From the NCBI GenBank assembly GCA_004431415.1, contig QPMI01000569.1:248001-312000 (forward strand): a stretch of DNA of 64,000 nucleotides, read 5' to 3'. Below, piece by piece: positions 44,624 to 55,500 of this stretch. Every line of letters begins with the position of its first letter. The stretch's first letter is position 1. The stretch is from Cyanophora paradoxa CCMP329. Its lineage: Eukaryota > Plantae > Glaucophyta. The notes under the pieces are model-generated. The model did no database searches. It was not told the origin of the DNA and saw only the letters and a list, made by a program, of their open reading frames with translations. Position numbers and translations under genes: made by a program.

Positions 44624-45146
44624 AATTCAGACGCAGAAATGGACGATCAGATTCGGAAGTATGTTCAAGAGCGCAAGCATCGCGAGCTCGAGCAGCTGCC
44701 TCTGCTGTTTGAAACAGACCGATGTTCTTATTGCGGCCATTTATCCGATATTCCGCCCGCCATTTTCCATGCTGCTGATTAAAGCTAACACCTATGAAAC
44801 CTGATGTGTTATTTTGCCGCCGGTTTCGGTTTAGACCCTGCTGGCGCTTTGTCGCAAGTCGCAGGTTCTCGCGACGATTGTCCAGTTTGTTTAGATTTAT
44901 GTGATCGACAGTCAATCCGTTTTCGAGTTCACCCGAGATATAGTTGTGCAAATACACGGTCTTATGATTGATATTGGTTTTGGCATATCCACAGCTATTT
45001 AAACACCAGCGAAATCCAAGAACACGTTGAGCATCATCCTGACTAACTAGTGCATAGGCGACAACAATTCCGTTTCTGCCATTCCTACGACCGGTAATTG
45101 GGATCAAGGCAACACCTTCGGGGACATCTGGAATTGTGACCTCCAT
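44571..45146 (-). CDS. HNH endonuclease with AP2 domain
   Basis: VDHINLNKLDNRRENLR, GFIGV...KWRA...IGLF.TAEAAARARD. Start taken at MEVTIP by comparison with 51956..52516. Confidence 0.9.
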   Translation of the reverse strand: MEVTIPDVPEGVALIPITGRRNGRNGIVVAYALVSQDDAQRVLGFRWCLNSCGYAKTNINHKTVYLHNYISGELENGLTVDHINLNKLDNRRENLRLATKRQQGLNRNRRQNNTSGFIGVSFNQQHGKWRAEYRINGRNKNIGLFQTAEAAARARDACALEHTSESDRPFLRLNFTTEFVSPPSHSSSVNQ

Positions 45147-45208
45147 CTGGCGGCTTGTCTGCGACTTTACAATCTGAGATTGAGATATCTTTAAGGCAAG
45201 TTCAGAGT

Positions 45209-45571
45209 TCAAAAGCCCGGCGCATCCGCCTCTGATAAGTCCAGATCAAGGTCAGTTGGCTCAACAGTTGCTTGCGGCCTCTCTGAACGCTGCTGGGCAG
45301 TCCTGGCTTGCTTTTCATTTTGATACACTCTCCATAGAATTTCTGGTTTTGATTCACTGATTAACCTAAAAGCCTGTTGAAAATGGTCTCGGTCCGTTTC
45401 CCGGAGCTTGCTCCAGTTCATCAGCCACCGAGCATAATTAGGATCACAGAAAGCTACCTCCAGGTGAGTCAACCCTCGATACTTCCCTATTCTAATCGTT
45501 GCGAGTTTCGCTTGAGGTTCATTTTGCATTTGTGTTCCGCTGGCGCAGCGTCGCTGCTTGTCTGCGACCAT
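45209..45571 (-). CDS. Hypothetical protein with (F/I)GKY(K/R)G...DP.Y..W motif
   Basis: IGKYRGLTHLEVAFCDPNYARWL. Confidence 0.6.
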   Translation of the reverse strand: MVADKQRRCASGTQMQNEPQAKLATIRIGKYRGLTHLEVAFCDPNYARWLMNWSKLRETDRDHFQQAFRLISESKPEILWRVYQNEKQARTAQQRSERPQATVEPTDLDLDLSEADAPGF

Positions 45572-45652
45572 TTATTTATATAAATCGCGGGGTTTTATTT
45601 TTTCGAAATATAACGCGCTAAAAATTGCAAAAAGTTTCTATCACTTAAAGAT

Positions 45653-45988
45653 ATGTCGATCATCTATATGAACAACGAAGAGCTTATGGTGCACTTTACT
45701 GATAGCGACTCTGTCATTAAACCCAAGCGTGGGCGCCCACAAATTGAAGTTACTCCAGAAATTGTAGAAGCTAGACGCAAAAAACGTGCTGAACAACAAA
45801 AAATTCGTTACCATAACAATGAGGAATATCGAAGGAGACAAATCGCCTGTTCTAACGAATACAGGCTTGCACATATTGAGCGTAAAAGGGAATTAGATCG
45901 CGCCTATAGGTTGAGGTGTAAACAAAGGTTACTTTCTCTTCAAGCTGCTGTAGCCGCGATAAACTCTCGCACCAGCACGCAGAGCTGA
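45653..45988 (+). CDS. Small basic protein with AT-hook-like KRGRP
   Basis: PKRGRPQ...RYHNNEEYRRRQ. Confidence 0.6.
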   Translation: MSIIYMNNEELMVHFTDSDSVIKPKRGRPQIEVTPEIVEARRKKRAEQQKIRYHNNEEYRRRQIACSNEYRLAHIERKRELDRAYRLRCKQRLLSLQAAVAAINSRTSTQS

Positions 45989-46421
45989 CTCTCCTGCAAT
46001 TTCCAATCTCTTAAGTTCTCGGGCCTGTTTGGTCTGAGAGCTAAACTTTTTGGAATCGATCAAGCCCTCTCTACGTAATTGAGTTTCTTGCCTAGCCTTT
46101 GCTTTTGCTTTGATTATTTTTGTTTGATCTGGCAGCTGTTTAGGTGTTTTAATCTCGGATGGTTTGACTCTGCGACTTAAAACAGTCCCGTCTTTTGTTG
46201 CCACTCTAATGCGGTTGCCTTCCTGACCTACAACAACATAGGTTTCCTTGCTTTGTTTTGTTGTTCCCTTTGCAAATATGTTTGGCTTGGGTTCCAATAT
46301 TTGAACTTCTGTGCCTGGTTTTGGTACATTCATTGCATCCCTCTCAATATCGTTTTGCCTCTGCCTCACTAAATGCAGCTGTGTTGCAACCTGCCTATGG
46401 CTGTGCATCCATGCTGGAGAG
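45929..46421 (-). pseudogene. 3' part of PLV-D integrase
   Basis: Rejoins 51467 as HSAFGGEYSPAWMHSH. Confidence 0.9.
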
Positions 46422-46828
46422 TGTTGTACACGCCCCCTTAAGGTACTAGAGCGAGTGGGCGTGCAGTGGCCGGGCGCTAGGGAGCACCAGGCAGAGCGCA
46501 GCGGGCGGATCTAAAGAGGCGGCGGCGGAGCTAGGAGGCGGCACGGACGAGCCATCTAGGCCCTAGAGTTCGCTAGCGCACGTCCCGGCGGAGCCCAGGC
46601 ACTGTACTTGACCGGAGGAGACGAGCTGCGGCTAATCCTGTACTCCCCGAAGACAGACTCGCGTACCCTAGGCTGACCAACTTAGGCTAAACTCGAGATG
46701 CGATCAAATCTAATGCCGACTACAACTATAAGCAGCTCGAAGACTGCAGCTATATATCAAACCATGCATATGTCAGGTCAAGGCTAAGCATAGCTAGGCT
46801 AATATGCTGCTGTATACAGAATACAACA
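46422..46828 (-). repeat. LTR copy 1 (3' LTR)
   Basis: Adjacent PPT GGGGAAGGGGAGTGG at 46829-46843 on the minus strand. Confidence 0.95.
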
Positions 46829-47718
46829 CCACTCCCCTTCCCCGGCAAGAAATTTCGAAGAAATTTCTGCGGACAAAGAGACTCATCTGGCGACGGGCAT
46901 ATGTGAAAGCGACAGAGATCGGAGGGACCCTCCGCCAGATTCTGACCTATATACATAACCGTGGGGAAAACCCTCCAAAAGCCCACACGGAAGGTGCTCA
47001 TCAAGGTACCGCAACCAAACAGAAGGGGAAGCCGCACTACTATTTCTACAAAAATATGTGGCGACCGACAAGGCCCGAGGCACCCCGAAGGGTGGACGCT
47101 CAGCGAACACTCTGGCTACGCGCTCTAACCGCCAGCCCAACTGAATACGGCTCGAGACTGCGTAAGGCCGCTGAGACATCCTTGCCTCTAAGCGCATCAC
47201 AGAGCTAGGCGTCCCACTATCAGTCCGCCTAGATGTGAGCTCGGATTTCCTACTGCCCGATCAAAAAAACGTAGAATATGCGTATACAATAGATAAGCCC
47301 GAATGCGAACTGAAGCTACAAACTACAAACGTGTCTGAGAACACTCGATAGGCAGGAATAAGCTGTAAATACGAATGCATGAGCTAAATGAAAAGATAAG
47401 ATAAGAATGGGCTAGTTAGCTAAATACGTGCCGAGGCCTAATCTACTGCTGATGGACCGAAGGTTCGGGTGCACGACTCCAGGTACGACGGAAGGGGGGG
47501 GTACGGCAGGGAGGAGGGAGATACGGCAGGGGGGGGGGGGGAAGGGGTACGGCGGAAGAGCGTCGAGGGGAGGGAGAGCGAAGGGCGGCGGGGGGGGGGG
47601 GTACGGGCACGAGGCCGGGGTACGAGCACGAGGCGCGGGGTAGGGGCGCCGCGAACTCAAGCTCCACTCGGATCACCGCGGTTCCAAATCTGCGCGAATG
47701 AACTGAAGTACTGGCAAG

Positions 47719-49140
47719 CTAACCGAGACTGTTCAGGGTGGCGAGGTGCGGGAAACACTTCTTGCAGTTCCTAGAGAAGTAGCGGACGTCCGCGTGGAGA
47801 TTGGGCCAGAAATATCGGCGCTTAATCATCTCTAGCATCTCCTTGTCCTTAGAATGCGGGCGGGAGCAGGAGTGGAGGCTGCCGTGGGCGATGCCTAGGA
47901 CCTGAGAGCGGAGGTCCCCAGGTACGAAAATGAGGTGGGGATGGGTACTAGGGCGTCCGGAATAATAGAGGAGGCCGTCGCCGCGGAGCTCATAGAACTT
48001 AGCCTGGGCGAGGAGCCAGTCGGGTACAGGATCTCCGGGAGGAGGGGGGTACCGGAGGAACTTAAATATGCGACGGAGGCGGGTATCGGATTTCTGGGCG
48101 TCTAGGAGAGCGCGGAAGCTAACGAGAACGTCGGGGCCCTCAGTCATAGCTACTACAACGTCGGGGTCGAAGGTGCAGCGGCAGTTGCCCGAGGTGGTGG
48201 TGCTCGCAGTCGGCGTTGCCCTCGGTGCGGTGTTGCTCGCCACCGTCGCGACGTCGCTCGCAACGTCCCGGTCGGCAACCTGTGCCTGCGCAAGCCAGGT
48301 GGCAGTGCGGGCCGACGAGACGGGGGGCCGGGAGCTGGACGCGGGCTGGGGGCCGGTCGGGGCAGATGAAGAGCCAAGGCCGCGCTCGCCGACCTGCACC
48401 TGCGCGGGGCCGGAGGCAGCGACAGGCGGCGGAGCAAATAGGGGGGCGGGAGGGGTGGCAGCTCGAAGGGCGTTGAAGTCGTTCTCCAGGCCCTCGAGGC
48501 GCTCGCCGCAGGCCGTCATGACGTCGAGGCACTGGGCGTAGATGTTGTCCATCCCCGCTGCCAGAGCGACGCCAACCGGCCCAGCACGCCGGCTGATGGC
48601 GCGGATGTCGTCGTCGGTGCGGGCTTCAGGACGATGGGGGCGGAAGACGGAGCGGGGTATCCCGAAGGCCGCGGCTGCGTAGGCCAGCACGGGATCGCCG
48701 ATCTCCCCCTCGTTCGCTTCGTGAGGAACTAAAATCCCGAGGCGGCCGTCAGCATCATAAGCGTACTGAAGCGCGGGAAAAGGCAGCGGGTCCTGAGGGG
48801 CGTTGTAGTAGGCTGGAATCGCCGCTGGATGAGGCTGCCGGACGGGAGGAGCCAGCCTTGGAGCGTAGGGAGGAGCGCCAGCGTCGGCGTTGGCGTCAGC
48901 GTGGGCGTTGGAGTTGGCGTTGGGGGTGGCGTTGGCGGCGGCGCTTGGGGCGGCGTCGGCGGCCCTGCTGCTGCTGCGGGACTTCTTGCTCGACCTCTTG
49001 CCGCGGCGCTTGTCTCTGCGATCCCGGCGTTTACGGCGGCGCTCGCGCTTACCGCGGCTCGAGGAGGAGGACGAAGAGCTGCTGGAGCTGCTCGTGTAGC
49101 CCGAGCTGGAGCTGGAGGAGCCCTCGTCCGAAGAGCTCAT
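47719..49140 (-). CDS. Retroelement ORF: Ser/Arg-rich N-terminus and C-terminal integrase zinc-binding (H2C2) domain only
   Basis: AH...PH....YFWPNLHADVRYFSRNCKKC followed by stop. No protease, RT, RNase H or rve core recognised. Start at MSSSDEG is assumed. Confidence 0.65.
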   Translation of the reverse strand: MSSSDEGSSSSSSGYTSSSSSSSSSSSSRGKRERRRKRRDRRDKRRGKRSSKKSRSSSRAADAAPSAAANATPNANSNAHADANADAGAPPYAPRLAPPVRQPHPAAIPAYYNAPQDPLPFPALQYAYDADGRLGILVPHEANEGEIGDPVLAYAAAAFGIPRSVFRPHRPEARTDDDIRAISRRAGPVGVALAAGMDNIYAQCLDVMTACGERLEGLENDFNALRAATPPAPLFAPPPVAASGPAQVQVGERGLGSSSAPTGPQPASSSRPPVSSARTATWLAQAQVADRDVASDVATVASNTAPRATPTASTTTSGNCRCTFDPDVVVAMTEGPDVLVSFRALLDAQKSDTRLRRIFKFLRYPPPPGDPVPDWLLAQAKFYELRGDGLLYYSGRPSTHPHLIFVPGDLRSQVLGIAHGSLHSCSRPHSKDKEMLEMIKRRYFWPNLHADVRYFSRNCKKCFPHLATLNSLG

Positions 49141-49967
49141 CTGCGATGGAGCGGGGCAGACAGGGGGCGAAAGGCAGATAATGCCGAGGGGGGGGGTGTG
49201 GGCGCTGGGCGCGGCAGGGGGGTACACGACACCAGACGTCGTAAGGGGTAGACCGAATCGTCTCGGACTGCGCGGCGTGGCGCAGGGCGGGACGGCGGGA
49301 GGCCGTAAGGGGGTCAGGCGGGTTAGGGGGGTCAGATTCGTGCAACTGCGCAGGGGAAAGCGTTGCGCGGGACGGTTCCCGGTACGAGTCTTGCGCGCGA
49401 ATGGGATGAGCGCGAGCCGCTGCGCAGGAGCGTCGCGGGACTGATCCCGGTATGAGAATCGCGGGACAGATCCCGGTACGTATTGCGCGGGACAGATCCC
49501 GGTACGGATTTTGCGAACGAGCCGGAACAACAACACGACCGACTCGCGCCGGCGAGCTTAAAGGCACTCAGAACGTCAGTAAGGACTTCCGCATCACTGC
49601 CGAAAGAATCAGGGCGACGGGCGAGGCCGGAACACGCGCCGAAAACCGAAACGTCGCGGGCGAGTTGACAGGATCCAGTCCGCGCGAAGGCGACGGGTCA
49701 GGGCGCAGTGCGCGAATGTATGAGAAGGTGTTCGCTCTCCGGTAAATGCTGCGCGGAGCCTGTGAGAGCACGGCGCAGCGAATCGGCTCGGACCTCGCGG
49801 ATTCGTCGGCTCGAAGCGAAGGCGACGTCGGCGGCGTCCCGAAACCGTTCCGCGGGTGTCGAAGATGATGCCTTGTTGCCAGAAGGACTCTGCGAACGTC
49901 GCGCGGGGTGCTAGAGCGCACAAACCATAGAACTCCACTCTCCTTCCCCGGCGAAGACCGCTCACAG

Positions 49968-49982
49968 CCGGCAGGCGCACCA
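49968..49982 (-). promoter_or_regulatory. Primer-binding site, likely tRNA-Gly
   Basis: Minus strand TGGTGCGCCTGCCGG is complementary to a ...CCGGCAGGCGCACCA 3' end, similar to plant/algal tRNA-Gly. Repeated at ~51040-51053. Confidence 0.7.
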
Positions 49983-49984
49983 AG

Positions 49985-50391
49985 TGTTGTACACGCCCCC
50001 TTAAGGTACTAGAGCGAGTGGGCGTGCAGTGGCCGGGCGCTAGGGAGCACCAGGCAGAGCGCAGCGGGCGGATCTAAAGAGGCGGCGGCGGAGCTAGGAG
50101 GCGGCACGGACGAGCCATCTAGGCCCTAGAGTTCGCTAGCGCACGTCCCGGCGGAGCCCAGGCACTGTACTTGACCGGAGGAGACGAGCTGCGGCTAATC
50201 CTGTACTCCCCGAAGACAGACTCGCGTACCCTAGGCTGACCAACTTAGGCTAAACTCGAGATGCGATCAAATCTAATGCCGACTACAACTATAAGCAGCT
50301 CGAAGACTGCAGCTATATATCAAACCATGCATATGTCAGGTCAAGGCTAAGCATAGCTAGGCTAATATGCTGCTGTATACAGAATACAACA
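49985..50391 (-). repeat. LTR copy 2
   Basis: Appears identical to copy 1. Confidence 0.95.
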
Positions 50392-50452
50392 CCACTCCCC
50401 TTCCCCGGCAAGAAATTTCGAAGAAATTTCTGCGGACAAAGAGACTCATCAG

Positions 50453-50858
50453 TGTTGTACACGCCCCCTTAAGGTACTAGAGCGAGTGGGCGTGCAGTGG
50501 CCGGGCGCTAGGGAGCACCAGGCAGAGCGCAGCGGGCGGATCTAAAGAGGCGGCGGCGGAGCTAGGAGGCGGCACGGACGAGCCATCTAGGCCCTAGAGT
50601 TCGCTAGCGCACGTCCCGGCGGAGCCCAGGCACTGTACTTGACCGGAGGAGACGAGCTGCGGCTAATCCTGTACTCCCGAAGACAGACTCGCGTACCCTA
50701 GGCTGACCAACTTAGGCTAAACTCGAGATGCGATCAAATCTAATGCCGACTACAACTATAAGCAGCTCGAAGACTGCAGCTATATATCAAACCATGCATA
50801 TGTCAGGTCAAGGCTAAGCATAGCTAGGCTAATATGCTGCTGTATACAGAATACAACA
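50453..50858 (-). repeat. LTR copy 3
   Basis: 406 bp, one C missing in a homopolymer. Confidence 0.95.
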
Positions 50859-51055
50859 CCACTCCCCTTCCCCGGCAAGAAATTTCGAAGAAATTTCTGC
50901 GGACAAAGAGACTCATCTGGCGACGGGCATATGTGAAAGCGACAGAGATCGGAGGGACCCTCCGCCAGATTCTGACCTATATACATAACCGTGGGGAAAA
51001 CCCTCCAAAAGCCCACACGGAAGGTGCTCATCAAGGTCTCGGCAGGCGCACCAAG

Positions 51056-51462
51056 TGTTGTACACGCCCCCTTAAGGTACTAGAGCGAGTGGGCGTGCAG
51101 TGGCCGGGCGCTAGGGAGCACCAGGCAGAGCGCAGCGGGCGGATCTAAAGAGGCGGCGGCGGAGCTAGGAGGCGGCACGGACGAGCCATCTAGGCCCTAG
51201 AGTTCGCTAGCGCACGTCCCGGCGGAGCCCAGGCACTGTACTTGACCGGAGGAGACGAGCTGCGGCTAATCCTGTACTCCCCGAAGACAGACTCGCGTAC
51301 CCTAGGCTGACCAACTTAGGCTAAACTCGAGATGCGATCAAATCTAATGCCGACTACAACTATAAGCAGCTCGAAGACTGCAGCTATATATCAAACCATG
51401 CATATGTCAGGTCAAGGCTAAGCATAGCTAGGCTAATATGCTGCTGTATACAGAATACAACA
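51056..51462 (-). repeat. LTR copy 4 (outermost 5' LTR)
   Basis: Followed by TSD AGAG. Confidence 0.95.
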
Positions 51463-51466
51463 AGAG

Positions 51467-51909
51467 TACTCCCCTCCAAAGGCTGAGTGCTTTGTTTCAT
51501 TATAAGCTCTGACCAGGGTTGGCAGCCTTGAAAGGAAGTGCGGGGAGCCTCTGGACTCTGAGTCTTTCTCTATAATCGCCCGCAATGTCCTTGCAAATCG
51601 ATCGATAATTCCTAGCCTATCACCCTTCGAAATGTGATCATCCTTTGCAACGTCAGTGTGCATTTTTAGCTTTTTCTCTTCTGCCATTGCTCTTATTGCT
51701 GCTGTATTAAATCCATTGTCTCCTGAAAAACCCCAAATGCCTGGAAGCTTGGATATAAACACAGGGATTTGCTTTGCGTCTTCCATTTTTTTAACAATTG
51801 CAAATCTGCTTGCTATTTCCACGGCTGCAAATAAACGAAATTTCCCAATGAATAGTATGTCGACTTGATATGCCCCTGGGTGAGCAGTTATTATGAATCT
51901 CGGGGCCAT
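51467..51909 (-). pseudogene. 5' part of PLV-D rve integrase
   Basis: YQVD, SGDNGF, TDVAKDDHI..GDRLGIIDRFART, YNETKHSAF. Confidence 0.9.
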
Positions 51910-51955
51910 TGTTAATTGGCGAGATTTTTGTTTAAGTAATAGCTAACAACTCTAT

Positions 51956-52516
51956 CTAAACATTTTGAGGTTCCACTGAAACAATTGGGAAGTTTAATCT
52001 GAGGAACGGTTTGTCATCCTCTGAGGTATGCTGAACCAAATATGTATCCCTGGCTTTTGCTGCTGTTTCTGCTGTTTCAAATAGACCAATGTGTTTTTTA
52101 GATCCATTGATCATACATTGAGCATGCCATTTACTGGATAGTTTATGGAAAGAAACACCAATATAACCGCTTGAATTTGATATTCTTCTATTCTGATTCA
52201 TAATTTGTTGACGTTTTGTTGCTAGTCGAAGATTTTCACGTCTGTTATCCAAAGTATTCCTGTTAATGTGATCTATGGTAAGACCATTTTCGAGGTGTCC
52301 ACTGATGAAGTTGTGCATAAACATCAATTTCCCATTACACCAGGCTCGTGCATAGCCTTCCTTACTCTTGTACCACCGTTTCTCAAGAACCTTAGCAGCA
52401 TCTTCTTGTGATACTAGAGAATAGGCGACAACAACACCATACTTTCCATTTTGCTTACCTGTAATTGGAATTAGGACTGCTCCCTCAGGAATAACAGGTA
52501 TCTCAATTGATGCCAT
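51956..52516 (-). CDS. HNH endonuclease with AP2 domain (paralog of 44571..45146)
   Basis: IDHINRNTLDNRRENLR, GYIGV, IGLFETAETAAKARD. Confidence 0.9.
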   Translation of the reverse strand: MASIEIPVIPEGAVLIPITGKQNGKYGVVVAYSLVSQEDAAKVLEKRWYKSKEGYARAWCNGKLMFMHNFISGHLENGLTIDHINRNTLDNRRENLRLATKRQQIMNQNRRISNSSGYIGVSFHKLSSKWHAQCMINGSKKHIGLFETAETAAKARDTYLVQHTSEDDKPFLRLNFPIVSVEPQNV

Positions 52517-52577
52517 TTCTTCTTTCTTTTCATATAAGCTTTGTCTTTAAGTAATAAAACTTGTGAATCTGACAATA

Positions 52578-55500
52578 TCAATCAGCGAGATTTTTGTTTA
52601 AGTAATGTCCAATCGCTCTGGTGGTGAACTGATCATCACAAAGGTACCTCTTTGTATCCAAGGGGTGCAGGGCTTGTTTAGTTGATTTTTGAACATAAAT
52701 GTGATGTTTGTTCGATTTAAATCCAACAATGCCCTCAATATTACAGGCCTTCCCTCCGAAAATGCACTCATAGTATCTGTCTCTGGTAAGCTCCTTATTG
52801 AACGCTTTTTTAACACCCTTGCACACTGTCTTCTCTTTATTTTCTGAGGTCCAGTGGTATGATTTAGGTCGATTAGCAATCCACTCAATCATCTGAATGC
52901 CCTTTAACTCATCCTTGAAAAGCCCTGGTGTTTTAGCTAGGCTCTTTAGATGTTTAATCTCCTCAGTAGTCATCCCCTCGAAGAACTGATGGTTGTCAGG
53001 ATAATCTCCAACATCAAGATATTGTTTGATGTTTCTCAAATCAACATACATGTTCTCTGTTTCAATCTCCAACATCAAACTATCTGTGTCAGTACCCAGA
53101 AGCCTAACTCGCTGCCCCCACAGCGGTTTAAGTACTTCATAGTAGAACCTGTACATGTGAATCTTTGATACATCCAAAATCGAGAAGCCGCAGTAAATGG
53201 GTTTGTTGAGATTAAACTCACTTTTTCGTTTTGAAACATAAACTAAGTTTTCATCATAAACAACAACCTGTTTTAACCTGTTAGGTTCAGTGTTTATTTT
53301 GGCCAATCTTTCACCATCAGTCACCAACTCGGAGTTGCAGTGATTCCTCACATTCTCCATGGTTTTGCCATACACTGAGTTATTCATCAGTTTATACAAA
53401 TCTTGCTCATGTTTGAATGGTGTTTTCTGCCTCTCTTGTGTGTTGAAATCAATGAATGGGGCAAGCCAGGCTGACTGATTATAGGAGAGTACCCTATGAA
53501 TTTTAGTTACCACCATTCCTTGTGAAATGTAGAACTGCAGTGCCCTCACATCAACTGCATACTTTTCTTTTGGAAGTAGATTTGGTACCAACTTTTCAGT
53601 TCTCTCTATTGAGCTGAGCTTCTCTGCTTCAATCATATCGCTCTGAGCTTTTGATAGATGCTCTTTCAAAACACACATGCGCTCTGGGGCTAGAGGATAA
53701 TCACTGAAATAATCATGCAGTTCCTCTGGGCAGTGCATGTCAACCTCCAAGGCATAGCCTCTGCTTCCCTCTGCATCTAAGTCTGTGATGTACTGCTTCA
53801 GGTCTGTTATACCTTCCAGGTCCTCCCATTTGAATCTTCCAGTTGGAAGCTTCTGCTTCATTGCAAGCCCATACAAATTGTTGGCATCAAGGTAAAGTAG
53901 CCAGCCTTGCTTTTGTTTGTGACCAACCACATACTTGTCAACCCATTTGTTGTTTGCTTTGGCATACCTTTTGGAAATCATAGAGATTCCCCCGCGGATT
54001 CCATTCTCAATAAAGGAGTGCATATCCTGCTGGCCATCATAGAATACCTCCAACGCCTGACCTGTATGTTTCAGAGCTGCCTGCCAGGCAAACCCGGGGC
54101 TGCTCATATAGTGGCTGGGATCTAATTTATACTTCTCAAGACACTTCTTCCTGTAATTCTCAAACACATCTGCCAGCAGTGAGATGTCTGTCTTCATATA
54201 TGCCATAGTGTAATCAGCCAGTGTACTGCATCCCATCTCCCTCCAAACATTGTGGGCATGAGCATAGTCCTCTTTAGAGCATTTCTCTTGCTTGAGCTCA
54301 TTATAAAACTGACGACGACCTGGTAGCTGAGTCTCCAACATTCTCTCCCACGATGTCATATATTGGTAGGGATAAGTCCCCTTCTTGGTCATCAGCTTGA
54401 ATTTAGCCTCATCAGGGTGCAAAGCTTGAGTTATTTTCTTCAGATCATCTGGTAAAGCTTTCGAAAGCTCATCAATGCTTCCTAGCAAATGCTGGCAGGA
54501 ATCGCGAAATATATAGATACCATACACAAATTGGGAAATTTTCTCAGAGTTCTGGAAAACCTGGTCGAATTTAATCGAAAGCAGGTCTGCTGGTCTGAAC
54601 TGTTCCTCGAGCGCATCAAAAGCTTGTTTCAGTTTCTCCTTTATAAGTTTCTCCTTCTGCTGCTCAAACTCCTGCTCACTCCATTTATTTTTATGCATTA
54701 TTCGCGCCTTGCAAGCCTCGATGTTTCTGATTATTCTTGGCCTTTTCTCTTCAACCTTTCTCTCAATCTCTTGTTTAAAGGCCCTGTGCGCTACCATCCT
54801 GCGATTATACCCTGCTGATAATGCACGCACTAGCAGGTGAAAGTCAAAACCCCTGCCATTGTGAAACCAGATTGAGATTGACTTTGGCTTTGACCTGATT
54901 TTGTTGCAGGATTTGCATGCTGGACCAAGGTAGTTTCCTGTGTCATGACAGTGGTCCATTAACTTGTCATTCAGAAATTCAAATTGCTTGCCACACATAT
55001 AGCATGCCATAGCTGAATAGTGGGCTTCTTTCTGCTCATCTGTAAGTGCATTCATTGGCTTTGTCTCCTTCAGCTTTCTAATGAACTCGGGCTCCTTTGC
55101 ATCCAACCATCTAACAAAGGCATCCGCGGAATCATCCTGAGGTCTACCCATTTTAGTAAACCACTCTGTCTCTCCACTAGTAGATACAGCAACTGCCCCT
55201 ATAGAAGCAATTTGGTGGACACCTGTTTGTTTAGTCTTTGTATCTGTTCGGTTTGTCTCTGCAATTTGAGTGCATAGTGTTTCACAGTCTGCATACATGG
55301 CTATCCTTTGTTGAATTGTTGTTTCCCATCGCTTGAAATAGATAATGTTATCCCCTTTTTTGGGTAGTTTGTCCCTTCCATGCTCCTTCCTTTCTAAACA
55401 CCTGTCTGTGTCAATATGTTTTTTCAAAACTTCCTGGGTAACAAAACCCCTCTGACAAGCCAAACAGTAGTGTAGGGAATGCTTGCCATGTTTGTTGAAC

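Larger units (their letters stand above)
46422..51462 (-). mobile_element. Non-autonomous LTR retroelement with four LTRs, inserted in the PLV-D integrase
   Basis: TGTTG...CAACA LTRs of ~407 bp; 4-bp TSD AGAG (46418-46421, 51463-51466); PBS and PPT on the minus strand. Confidence 0.93.

Noticed and set aside
47412-49983. Many overlapping Pro/Arg/Gly-rich ORFs
   Set aside because: Shadow frames in GC-rich DNA; only the frame ending at 47719 has a recognisable domain.
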